Shown: positions 13,806 to 25,932 of the stretch, piece after piece
How positions within the stretch are numbered: position 1 is the stretch's first letter
How the letters are laid out: each line of letters starts with the position of its first letter
Assembly: GCA_951406725.2 (NCBI GenBank)
Contig: OX597814.1
Location: 173,104,001 to 173,168,000, forward strand
DNA length: 64,000 bases
Reading direction: 5' to 3'
Source: Octopus vulgaris
Taxonomy: Eukaryota
Position numbers and translations under genes: made by a program
The notes under the pieces: generated by a model
What the model was told of the DNA's origin: nothing
Databases searched by the model: none
The model's input: only the letters and a program-made list of their open reading frames with translations

Positions 13806-13933
13806 TATTTGTATCTGAGCGCCATACTAATACAATTGTTCGTTTGTTTTCCACCTGCCTTCGTCTTTTGTCTATTTTCATAAAGCTTCCCGTTATATAT
13901 ATATATATATATATATTTGTATATATATATTTG

Positions 13934-13966
<33 letters not shown>

Positions 13967-14125
13967 ATGTATGTGCGTGTGTGTGCGTGTGTGTGTGTGC
14001 GTGTGTCTTTATGTCTTTGTGTCTTTGTCCCTCCGCCAGAGCCGCTTGACAACAGAAGCTGGTGTTTTTACGTTCCCATAACATATCGGTTCGGCAAAAG
14101 ACAACGATAGATTAAGTACTAGGCT
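13577..14125 (+). mobile_element. SINE family C (CORE-like) with expanded internal microsatellites
   Basis: GGCGTAGAAGTGGCTGTGCGGTAA head and GCACCTTGGGCAAATGTCTT CORE-like motif. Confidence 0.78.
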
Positions 14126-14177
14126 CTAAACAATCTATCTATCCATCGGCTCTTGGGGCCGATGGATAGATAGATAA

Positions 14178-14271
<94 letters not shown>

Positions 14272-14810
14272 TATAATTCAAATTAAATAAAAGCATTCCT
14301 TCGAAATTATAATTTTTGCATTGCAGAATTTTAACCTCAGTTCTAACATTCGTTTCCCATAATGCAATTCCTCTTCTCTCCAGCTTGTAATGTCTTTGCA
14401 TGTAACTTTGCACGTTCTACTTCCTGTCAGCAGTCGGCAGCCAACCGGAAGTAGAATACATTTATTTACGCTTTCATTTTGACAGACAAACCGTGAAACT
14501 ACGTCCCACCGATAGCGAAGCTCAATGCAATTGGGTAGCGATTTGATATGTTCGTATTAGGAGTGAGTGAGTGAGTGAGTGAGTGAGTGAGTGAGTGAAT
14601 GAGTGAGTGAGTGAGTGAGTGAGTGAGTGAATGAGTGAGTGAGTTAGTGAGTGAGTGAGTGAGTGAGTGAGTGTGTCAGTGAGAAAGAATGTGAAAGCAA
14701 GAAAAAAGAGCGTGTAACGATAAGTGAGATAGAATAAGAAATATATGACACCGGATACGTTTGTGTGTATATATGCTAGTAATGTTATTGTGATGGTTGT
14801 GACGATGATA

Positions 14811-14858
<48 letters not shown>

Positions 14859-16294
14859 GCATGGGCAGTAGTTGGGAGCATGACGTTGGGAGTATTGTGG
14901 CTGAAACTGGACGAGTGTTGTGAGCGTGGGAACTCGTATAAAAGCAAGTCGGATGCATTGATGGATGGTGATGCAGATAGATAAAGAAAAGAAGAAAGGG
15001 GAAAAAATTAAAAGAAGGAGAAAAAGAAAAAGAAGAAAACCGATAAAGAATGAAAAAGAGAAAAACAAAGTGAAATAGAGAGAACCAAAGCTAGGCCGAA
15101 GAAATAAGAAGAATATACATGATGAAGTATTTCGTGTTGTTTTAGAGTCGGACAAATATAGTGGATGGTATAAAAAGGTTCAGTAGAGTACTCTTCTGGA
15201 TAAATATGAAAAGCCGGAATTGTCTATAATTATTCATTTGAAAATCAGTGGTTATATCCTGATCAAATGAGAAATATGCTACATTCCACAATCCATTTCA
15301 CAACAACAACAACAGCAACAACAATTATAATAATAATAATAATGATAATGATAATAATAATAAGAAGAAGAAGAATAAAAAAGAGATATATGGTATGAAC
15401 ATGAACCTAGTAAAGTACTAGAGAGTTTGCCATAGACTCATATAGCCAGTTACCTGGATTTTGTGGTGTACGTATTTTCCTGGGGCAGCCCAGGATTACT
15501 CATCTTGTCAACGTGACTACAGGAACAGGAAATGAAGTGTTTTGCTCAAGATCACAACACATCACCTTGTCCAGGAATCGAAACCACAATCTTACGATTA
15601 CGAGTGCAACATCCTAACCACTAAGCCATGCGCCTCCGCACATACATATATTTTTTCCTTTGTTTCTTCATCTCACTCTCTCAATCTCCTGTTTAAAGAT
15701 ATAATATAGTTATCATAATCTCTGTTCACCGCCAGCCTTTTGTTCTTCCCGTGTAATAGACAGAGAGAAAGAAAACAGAAAACTGAGCAAAAAAAAAACG
15801 GATTTTAAGTTTTATATATAATCATTTCCAATAATATTTTTGATATTTCGAACCAACAGAACTTTGTGGTCGCTCAACCTGAGAGAAATAGTAACTAAAT
15901 CACCGTTTAGCTTAAACCCTACCGCCTAAAAACCCAAACTACGTAATTTATAAATAGTCGAGTTGGCTGTAGCTGGAATCCCTTCGATTATATTCTTACT
16001 GGTCCAGAACGAAATAACTATAAAAACCACAATATTCGGTGATATTTTTATTTGTTTTACCGTTGAAAGTTAACGTTTTCTTTCAAAATAATTTTCTAAA
16101 TTTTTTCCCACTTATTTTCTTTCTGTTTATTCTGAAATTGAAAACGCGTGAAGATGGTTAAACGAGCGAACATCTTAAACATTGTGCAACAATTGATGTA
16201 ATGAGATGTTCTTTACTCTTCCTGTGTGAGTAGTGTACATTCGGATAAATGAATGCGTGTGTCTGTGTGTGCATGTCTGTATGCGTGCGTACAT

Positions 16295-16371
<77 letters not shown>

Positions 16372-16983
16372 GCTTGTATATTTTATTTCCAAACAGAGTC
16401 TCTCCCAGATTCTTTGTTAGATTGCCACTATTATTGCAGCAGTGATTGTCAAATATTTTATACGCCATATGATATTGTCTTTTCAATGACAGCTTTATAA
16501 CATTCACTCACACGTAAATGTATTAAGAATTCGTTAGCCTCAGTATAACTGTCGCTTGCCAGTCATTATTTAAATATAAACACGACTTCCATGTCAGATA
16601 TGTCCCATGGCAAAAATGGCGATGTCTAATTGTGTTCAAACATAACAAACCATATTGTTGTTACATCGAATGAACAATCACGACAGAGCTATTCAATTCA
16701 CCTTTCATTCACTCAAACATTCTTTCATCTCTCTCTGTCTCCTTCTTTCATTTTTACTTCGTTCTTTCTATCGCTCTTTCCACCCTCTGTCTCCACTCTT
16801 TATCTCTCTCTATATATATATGTATATACATGTAAATGTATATATATACATATATATATATATGTATATGTATATATATACATATATATATGTATATATA
16901 TATACATATATATATATATGTATATATATACATATATATATATGTATATGTATATACATATATATATGTATATATATACATAT

Positions 16984-17017
<34 letters not shown>

Positions 17018-17501
17018 ATGTATATACATATATATATATATACATGTATATGTATATATATATGTATATATATATGTATGTGTATGGTGTGTATATATAT
17101 ATACATACCCTTTCTTTCTATCTCTCTCTCTCTCTCTTTGTCTTTCTTTGTTTCTACTTTTTATATTTATCTGCACATATACATGCGTGTGTGTTTACGT
17201 GTATGTATGCGTATATGAGAGTGTTTGTGTTCGTATTGATGAACCTAGCCTACCTAGAATTTTAGTAGGAAGCTAGTCACACTGAGAGACAGACAGAAAG
17301 ATAAACATATGAATAGATAAACACACATAGAAACAAAATTGATATGGACGTACATAAATGCCTATGGTCATCGATTGATTCATTGAAAGATTGATTAACT
17401 GATTTGACATGGCCCTATTTTTCAAATTTGAAAAATTTGAACGCATAAGCACGAGGCATATACTAGATTGCCTCGTGTATACATATTTAATCTAAGGTGT
17501 A

Positions 17502-17572
17502 TCTGCTGAAGAAGGCTTTGCCTAGCAAATCATTTTATTTGCTAAAAAAAAGTCTGAAACCATTGGTCCAGG
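17502..17572 (+). ncRNA. Type I hammerhead ribozyme
   Basis: TCTG-CTGAAGA-AGGCTTT(inner hairpin TAGCAAAT/ATTTGCTA)AAAGTCT-GAAA-CC ATT GG-TC-CAGG; GUC cleavage triplet at 17566-17568; stem I extends through an internal loop into ATCTAA/TTAGAT. Confidence 0.82.
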
Positions 17573-17972
17573 AGTTAGATGGTAAATGTTTTCATTTTTC
17601 ATTCCCTTCGATATTATATCCCTAATAGTGGTTCGGATTTTAACTGTCCTCTCTAACGTGCGGGTAGTCCTATGATAGCTACCTCTTATATGTTTAAATG
17701 TACACTGTATTTATATGAATAATATATAGTCTATTGACTAAATTTTTACACGCTAGGCTACTGGTAATGAAAATTTCTAATACTTCAGATTACCCTTTGA
17801 TATTGATAATTATTGATAATTTTGGGGGATAATTTTCGAAATGAAAAAGCCGGCATATTTATTTACTGCCGACAAGGAGCTGCGCTTGTGCTGTACATTT
17901 GAAATATTAAAATGTATAAGCACGGGGCATATACTGGATTGCCACGTGTATATATATTTAATCTAAGGTGTA

Positions 17973-18041
17973 CCTGCTGAAAAAGGCTTCGCCTAGCAAA
18001 TTATTTTATTTGCTAAAAAAGTCTGAAACCATTGGTCCAGG
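17973..18041 (+). ncRNA. Hammerhead ribozyme copy with core mutation (CUGAAAA, G8>A), probably inactive
   Basis: Same stems as 17502-17572 with the conserved G8 replaced by A. Confidence 0.65.
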
Positions 18042-18282
18042 AGTTAGATGGTAAATGTTGTATTTTTCATTCCTTTCGATATTTTATCCCAAATTGTGGT
18101 TTGGAATTTAACTGTCCTTTCTAGCGTGCAGGTAGACTGTATTTATATGAATGTACACTGTATTTATATGAATAATATATAGTCTATTGACTAAAGTTTT
18201 ACACACTAGGCCACTGGTAATGAAAATTTCTAATATTTCAGATAACCCTTTGATATTGTTAATTACACACACACACACACAC

Positions 18283-18335
<53 letters not shown>

Positions 18336-18584
18336 CACATACACATACAGACAGCCAGATATATTTATTTATGTATGTATGTATATACATGTGTAGATAT
18401 ACGTATGTATCTATGTATATGTGTAGGCATACTGCGCACATACACAAATCAATTGTTATCTATATATTGTGGTAACTATGTTTGTCTTTACGCACCGAAT
18501 CGTAATACAAGTGCACATGTATTAAATACATACTGATATATATATATATATATATATATACATACATATATATGTGTGTCTGTG

Positions 18585-18670
<86 letters not shown>

Positions 18671-18876
18671 TGGAGGTGGTGCACCAGCATGACCTCAGCC
18701 CTCGGCTGAAACCAGTAGGAGATATATATATATATATATATGTATATACATATATGTATGTGTGTTTGTATATTTATATATATATATCATACATTTATAT
18801 ATATGCATACATACACATATACACAAACACACACACACACAAGCACACACTCACACACACACACATACACACGCAC

Positions 18877-18936
<60 letters not shown>

Positions 18937-19188
18937 TGTTTGTAATGTGTGTGCGTGCGTGCGTGTGTGTGTACACATACGCACATGTATGTTCCTGGGG
19001 TGACGAGTTAATGGGAGCAGAGTCAACCCATTTATAATACAGAACTTGAAGTGAGAAAACCAAATATGAATCCGTTTAATCCATAGTCGCGAATCCAACT
19101 GTATATACATGTATGCCTGAGTGTGTAACTGTAGATGTGCCACTGTGTGTATGTGTGTGTGTGTGTGTTTGCATGTGCGTGTTTGTGC

Positions 19189-19223
<35 letters not shown>

Positions 19224-19596
19224 TGTTTGTGAGTGTATGTGTGTGTTTGTTTGTGTGTGTATGTTATGTATTAAAGATCACATGAATGTCACTTTAATCC
19301 AGGCCGGTATATCCCGATTAATATAATATAAACATTAAGTCTGTATACACAATGTGTTCACAGACAGAAAGAACAATCAGCTGCGCATGCGTATTTCAGC
19401 TCTGTTTCGTCGACAGTTTTATACCTTCCTTAATTTGCTGCACACTTTTGCTTCTAAACCCACTCACTAACATTGGTTGCTAAAGTAAACTGCATAGACC
19501 AACTTGCATGTGTAACATTTCCTTGTCATCTTAATAGTGTTTCATTTCCATGGCAGTATGGTTAGGACAATCGTTTTGAATCCACATAGTTTTATG

Positions 19597-19658
<62 letters not shown>

Positions 19659-20721
19659 GCACGTGTGTGTGTGTCTTTGCGTCTGTGTTTGTCTCTGCAC
19701 CCATCGTTTGATAGTTCGTGTTGGTTTATTTAAAAACTCGTAACATAGCGGTTCGGTTGAAGCGACAGATAGAATGAGTACCAGGCTTTGAAAAAAACTA
19801 ATTACTACATTCGATCTGTTCTACTCAAGTCTAAGGCATGGCTGCAGTCTAACGACTAAAACACCTCATCGATAAGAGATAAAATCTAGAATATATCTAC
19901 AGAAAATCTTTTGGTTTGTTTTTGTTGCTGCTGCTGTTTTGTGCTTGATCAAAAGTTTTGATGAAAGACATTTTTGTCGCGACCATTTTGTCTGTTAACT
20001 AGAACTCAGTTACTTAATGAATCTTCGCTTGTTTAAGAACGTCGGCATGCCGTTTGACTGAAGTTTACCTGTCGTATCTTTTGTGTAGAACGGTCGTTCT
20101 CAACCACTTTTTTTTACATGAGGGCTCCTTTGATTCCTTATTTCTATCAAATGGCTATGGGGTCCATAGCTATTTGATACAAAAATCACCATATTTTAAT
20201 ATTTAAGAATTGTAAAGGTGATGAGCTTGCAGAATCGGTAGCATGCCAGGCTTTACGTTTTGAAGTCGACGTTGCCTCTTATCTTTTTGAGGTCGATAAT
20301 ATAATTACCAGTTGAATACTGGGGTCGATGTACTCGACTTACCACCTCCACCGAAATTGCTGGCTTTGTGCCAAAATTTGAAACCAAATATTATTAGGAA
20401 TTGTATTTATAAATATATGTTAAAATATTTTGTATATTGTAGAGGTATAAGCGATTTATTGCCCATAAATTTTAACAGCAATATCTTCTATGGATCCCGG
20501 TTGAAAACCACTGAAGGAAAACGACCACGTAGAGACCATTCAATAGGCTCATAATTGAAGGATATTGAGAGACAGATAAAAATATGTTAGGAAAAGAAAG
20601 GAAGCGGCGTGGCCGAAGAAGTTACTGAGAATGCTACATGAATTGGGGCTGCCTTATCACAGCATCACCATTATCAATTGATGTTGTTGCTGCTATTTGT
20701 TTTATTTGCTTGTTTGTTTGT

Positions 20722-21090
20722 TTGTTGAGCGAAGCGGTCTTCGTCCCAGTAATGGGAGAAGTCCGAAACGTGGTCCTTTGCTATTCGTAGGACCCGCAAG
20801 AAGAGAAAGCAGGTCAATCTCCGACACCGAGAGCATCGACGGATGGATGCATGCGCATCCAGGCTCAGCGGTTGCGTAGGAAGTCAGGGACAAGAAACAG
20901 GAAGAAAGAGTGAGAGAAAGTTGGAGCGAAAGAGTACAACAGGGGTCGCCACCCCACCCCCTGCCGGAGCCTCGTGGTGATTTAGGTGTTTTCGCTCAAT
21001 AAACACACACAACGCCCGGTCTGGGAATCGAAACCGCGATCCCCCGACCGCGAATCCACTGCCCTAACCACTGGGCTATTGCGCCTCCAC
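20722..21090 (-). mobile_element. tRNA-headed SINE family B (tail type 1, ends in (AAAC)n)
   Basis: GGAGGCGCAATAGCCCAGTGGTTAGGG A-box and GGTTTCGATTCCC B-box on the minus strand. Confidence 0.82.
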
Positions 21091-21866
21091 TTTGTTGCTG
21101 CTGTTTATCACTAAGCCAACGACGATCGTGCAAATCTATGTTCAAGAACGTTTCCAGGTTATCTAACATGTCTTTAGTTTTAGACAGAAGATGTGAATTG
21201 AAGAATATTTGACTACTCTTTCTAGCAGACAGAGTGACGGTATGGAGGGCCGTCCCATAAACCAAAAAGATTAAGGTAAATTATTATTTCCCAACATACA
21301 AACAAAATATACAGTGTAGAAGAAAAAAGTATTAATAAGAGATAAACAAGCGAACCAAACGACATAAACATTATGACACGTGACATTTAAACATTTAAAG
21401 GTCAGAAGGAAAAGTAGACGCCTATATGAATCAGATCAAAGAACGAGTATTTGAAACCAAATGTGGCTTTGGCTTCAAGTATGAAGGTCTGCTGATAATT
21501 AAGCAGCGTTGTTGTTCAATCAAATAATTCCACACAGTGTTAGATTAGGTAATATAATCTCTTGCGCATCGTGAAAAATCTAGCGAGCAGTCAGAAGTAC
21601 TCTAAATGAAAAAAAAAAAGAAGCTACTTTTGTAGTCTCGTATACTTGTACGTGTATGGCAAAACCAGTAAATACAATATACGCCTAAGTATGTATGAAC
21701 GTGTGTATGTGTAAATGTGCATATCAATAACACTAAACTCACACGTACATACAAGCAGATACACATATACATAAACATACACAGGAATATACCCATATAT
21801 ATCCATTATGCTTATATAAACATATGTATAAATATACATACATACATTCATACATATATATATATA

Positions 21867-22092
21867 CCGGAGTAAACACATAATTGTGAAACAAGGTGGG
21901 AAACAAAGTACTCAAATACCAGAGGTAGAGTAATATGCTTTATTTAAATGCAGCAGAAATTTAACAAAAGCTGTTACTCGGAATTTCATGTTCCCGTTCG
22001 TCGGACAGTTTGTTAACAAAACTGTCCGACGAACGGGAACATGAAATTCCGAGTAACAGCTTTTGTTAAATTTCTGCTGCTTTTAAATAAAG

Positions 22093-22094
<2 letters not shown>
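21867..22094. mobile_element. Asymmetric palindrome of the same pLTR-like family with two divergent hammerhead motifs (21971-22008 minus; 22022-22059 plus)
   Basis: Near-perfect inverted arms around GTTAAC (22012-22017); long arm ends CCGG next to (TA)n; cores read CCGACGA...GAAA...GTA. Confidence 0.75.
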
Positions 22095-22191
<97 letters not shown>

Positions 22192-22245
22192 AGGTTTGGA
22201 GATGATGTACAGGTATTATATATTAGAAGAAATGAGGTAATCAGA

Positions 22246-22504
22246 AGATCGGATGGTTTATATTTACAGATATTTATTTATATATTACATTTTTTATATA
22301 TATATATCATATCACTTAGATCATTAGCGCTTTCTCCCATTCTAGTGGGGTTTTCAAATCAAAAAGGAAGAAAGAGTGAGAGAAAGTTGGAACGAAAGAG
22401 TACACTAGAATGGGGGAAAGCGCTAATGATATAAGTGATATGATATATATATATAAAAAATGTAATATATATATAAATATCTGTAAATATAAACCATCCG
22501 ATCT
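22246..22504. repeat. ~100-bp inverted repeat enclosing a SINE fragment
   Basis: Arms 22246-22347 and 22403-22504 are nearly perfect; the spacer contains GGAAGAAAGAGTGAGAGAAAGTTGG..CGAAAGAGTAC of SINE family B. Confidence 0.85.
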
Positions 22505-22509
22505 CATTT

Positions 22510-22549
<40 letters not shown>

Positions 22550-22559
22550 AAGAAAAACA

Positions 22560-22639
<80 letters not shown>

Positions 22640-22641
<2 letters not shown>

Positions 22642-23438
22642 GGGGTTGGACAAAATAATGGAAACACCTATTATCATAGCATCATGATTTTGAGATATCT
22701 ATAAAACCGTCAAAAGCTTGTTTATTTATATTTTTTTATTATTAGTGTTTCATCATATGTTTTCCTAAAATTGCTGTTTCTTTTCGGACATCATCAGAAA
22801 AAGGTAATTAAAATACAATAAAATGACAGATCTGTCGGACTTTCAAAGCGGTCAAATTGTTGGAGCTCGATGACAGGCGATAGCGTAACGAAAGCAGCCG
22901 AAATGTTTGGTGTATCAAGAAGTACAGCCTCAAAAGTAATGGCAGCCTATGGGAAAGAGGGAAAAAACCTCCTCGTCGAAACAAAACTCCGGGAAAAAAT
23001 CAAAACTTTCAGATAGGGATCATCGGACTCTTACGCGAATTGTTAGAAAGGATTACAAAAGTACAGCTCCCAAAATTACTGCAGAGCTTAATGACCACCT
23101 CGAGAACCCAATTCCCGCAAAGACTGCTCGCCGGAAGCAACACAAAATCGGATTTCACTTGAGGGCTGCAATAAGAAAACCACTACTTTCAAAAATAAAC
23201 GTTGCAAAGCGTTTAGGGTGGAGTAAAAACCTACAGAATTGGTCCCTAGAGCAGTAGAAGAATGTTGTTTTCTTGGACGAGTCATCTTTTACCTTATTTC
23301 TGACCACCGGCCGAGTATACGAAAACAAAAGAAGCATTTGACCTAGACTGCCTTCTTCCAACTGTTAAACATGGAGAAGGATCTGTGGTGATCAGGGAAG
23401 GGGGCTATATCTTGGAAATCCGCCGGCCCAATGGTTTC
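22640..23438 (+). mobile_element. Tc1-like DNA transposon, left TIR plus truncated transposase pseudogene (ATG 22823)
   Basis: TIR-like AGGGGTTGGACAAAATAATGGAAACAC after TA; MTDLSDFQSGQIVGAR / SVTKAAEMFGVSRST / KLSDRD.RTL.RIVRK / RKPLLS / VVFLDES / PTVKHGEGSV with frameshifts and a stop; breaks at (TA)n before the HHR array. Confidence 0.88.
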
Positions 23439-23439
23439 A

Positions 23440-23494
<55 letters not shown>

Positions 23495-23606
23495 AGGAAC
23501 GGCCATAATAGGCCATTCACCCACTAGAAATAACAGCCAAAGCTTCAACCGCAAAATAACATTAATTCCGCAAACCAGGAGAAAATTAAAAAACATTTAC
23601 CCTGTA

Positions 23607-23713
23607 ATTTCTTATACGATGCACCGTTTCATCTACTGTTTAATGGTAAACTAACCTGATTAAATTAAATCAAGCCAATTTTCCATAGGCCCTTAGATTC
23701 GTCAGTAAGAAAT
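23607..23713 (-). ncRNA. Type I hammerhead ribozyme, unit 1 (allele A, intact stem III)
   Basis: Minus strand: stem I AUUUCUUA, core CUGACGA, stem II AUCUA...UAGAU (long hairpin with G-U pairs), GAAA, stem III ACGG-UGCA-UCGU, cleavage triplet GUA, stem I UAAGAAAU. Confidence 0.85.
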
Positions 23714-24092
23714 AGCCAGAACGGAACAGATATTTTCACGAGGCATTTCTGTCCCTGCCTCGGCAATATCTGACCTAAAATTTTCAAATCATCGCACTCG
23801 CGCCAAATTTATCGGCAGCAAATAAATATAAGCCGCCGATTCCATTACGGAATCAACCAGAAAATTCATAATTAATCAATATAGGGTGGCAAAAATTTTG
23901 TAGAATTTTTTTGCCACCAGCGGCCTAGTGGGAAAAAATTAAATAGCCATAGACCATTTATAAGTTCAACATCACAATCAAGGAACGGCCATAATAGGCC
24001 ATTCACCCACTAGAAATAACAGCCAAAGCTTCAACCGCAAAATAACATTAATTCCGCAAACCAGGAGAAAATTAAAAAACATTTACCCTGTA

Positions 24093-24199
24093 ATTTCTTA
24101 TACCATGCACCGTTTCATCTACTGTTTAATGGTAAACTAACCTGATTAAATTAAATCAAGCCAATCTTCCATAGGCCCTTAGATTCGTCAGTAAGAAAT
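24093..24199 (-). ncRNA. Type I hammerhead ribozyme, unit 2 (allele B, G-G mismatch in stem III)
   Basis: Same fold as unit 1 but stem III reads ACGG-UGCA-UGGU. Confidence 0.75.
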
Positions 24200-24580
24200 A
24201 GCCAGAACGGAACAGATATTTTCACGAGGCATTTCTGTCCCTGCCTCGGCAATATCTGACCTAAAATTTTCAAATCATCGCACTCGCGCCAAATTTATCG
24301 GCAGCAAATAAATATAAGCCGCCGATTCCATTACGGAATCAACCAGAAAATTCATAATTAATCAATATAGGGTGGCAAAAAAATTTTGTAGAATTTTTTT
24401 GCCACCAGCGGCCTAGTGGGAAAAAATTAAATAGCCATAGACCATTTATAAGTTCAACATCACAATCAAGGAACGGCCATAATAGGCCATTCACCCACTA
24501 GAAATAACAGCCAAAGCTTCAACCGCAAAATAACATTAATTCCGCAAACCAGGAGAAAATTAAAAAACATTTACCCTGTA

Positions 24581-24687
24581 ATTTCTTATACGATGCACCG
24601 TTTCATCTACTGTTTAATGGTAAACTAACCTGATTAAATTAAATCAAGCCAATTTTCCATAGGCCCTTAGATTCGTCAGTAAGAAAT
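24581..24687 (-). ncRNA. Type I hammerhead ribozyme, unit 3 (allele A)
   Basis: Same core and stems as 23607-23713. Confidence 0.85.
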
Positions 24688-25070
24688 AGCCAGAACGGAA
24701 CAGATATTTTCACGAGGCATTTCTGTCCCTGCCTCGGCAATATCTGACCTAAAATTTTCAAATCATCGCACTCGCGCCAAATTTATCGGCAGCAAATAAA
24801 TATAAGCCGCCGATTCCATTACGGAATCAACCAGAAAATTCATAATTAATCAATATAGGGTGGCAAAAAAAAATTTTGTAGAATTTTTTTGCCACCAGCG
24901 GCCTAGTGGGAAAAAATTAAATAGCCATAGACCATTTATAAGTTCAACATCACAATCAAGGAACGGCCATAATAGGCCATTCACCCACTAGAAATAACAG
25001 CCAAAGCTTCAACCGCAAAATAACATTAATTCCGCAAACCAGGAGAAAATTAAAAAACATTTACCCTGTA

Positions 25071-25177
25071 ATTTCTTATACCATGCACCGTTTCATCTAC
25101 TGTTTAATGGTAAACTAACCTGATTAAATTAAATCAAGCCAATCTTCCATAGGCCCTTAGATTCGTCAGTAAGAAAT
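25071..25177 (-). ncRNA. Type I hammerhead ribozyme, unit 4 (allele B)
   Basis: Same as 24093-24199. Confidence 0.75.
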
Positions 25178-25343
25178 AGCCAGAACGGAACAGATATTTT
25201 CACGAGGCATTTCTGTCCCTGCCTCGGCAATATCTGACCTAAAATTTTCAAATCATCACACTCGCGCCAAATTTATCGGCAGCAAATAAATATAAGCCGC
25301 CGATTCCGTTACGGAATCAACCAGAAAATTCATAATTAATCAA

Positions 25344-25932
25344 TGATGTTGAACTTATAAATGGTCTATGGCTATTTAATTTTTTCCCACTAGGCCGCTG
25401 GTGGCAAAAAAATTCTACAAAATTTTTTTTGCCACCCTATATTGATTAATTATGAATTTTCTGGTTGATTCTGTAATGGAATCGGCGGCTTATATTTATT
25501 TGCTGCCGATAAATTTGGCGCGAGTGCGATGATTTGAAAATTTTAGGTCAGATATTGCCGAGGCAGGGACAGAAATGCCTCGTGAAAATATCTGTTCCGT
25601 TCTGGCTATTTCTTACTGACGAATCTAAGGGCCTATGGAAGATTGGCTTGATTTAATTTAATCAGGTTAGTTTACCATTAAACAGTAGATGAAACGGTGC
25701 ATGGTATAAGAAATTACAGGGTAAATGTTTTTTAATTTTCTCCTGGTTTGCGGAATTAATGTTATTTTGCGGTTGAAGCTTTGGCTGTTATTTCTAGTGG
25801 GTGAATGGCCTATTATGGCCGTTCCTTGATTGTGATGTTGAACTTATAAATGGTCTATGGCTATTTAATTTTTTCCCACTAGTTGCTGGTGGCAAAAAAA
25901 TTCTACAAAATTTTTTTGCCACCCTATATTGA

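Larger units (their letters stand above)
17440..18262 (+). mobile_element. ~1.7 tandem copies of a ~471-bp hammerhead-containing unit, distantly related to the 23.5-kb array
   Basis: Direct repeat (CTGAAGA at 17506, CTGAAAA at 17977). Shares CACTAGGCC.CTGGT, ATATTTATTT.CTGCCGA, CGAGGCA...TGCCTCGTG and GGTAAATGTT with the 23.5-kb unit in the same circular order. Confidence 0.82.
23493..25344 (-). mobile_element. Tandem array of ~3.8 copies of a ~487-bp non-coding hammerhead-containing unit (retrozyme / Penelope pLTR-like)
   Basis: Unit starts CAAGGAACGGCC at 23493, 23979, 24467 and 24957 (periods 486/488/490); copies are nearly identical; each carries a type I HHR on the minus strand; left flank is (TA)n; no credible ORF. 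Confidence 0.9.

Noticed and set aside
14484-14533. Possible plus-strand exon after TTTTGACAG
   Set aside because: Weak donor, no recognisable peptide and no partner exons.
23493-25344. CRISPR array or coding repeat interpretation of the tandem array
   Set aside because: Units are ~487 bp with no unique spacers, no cas genes and no ORF; eukaryotic context.
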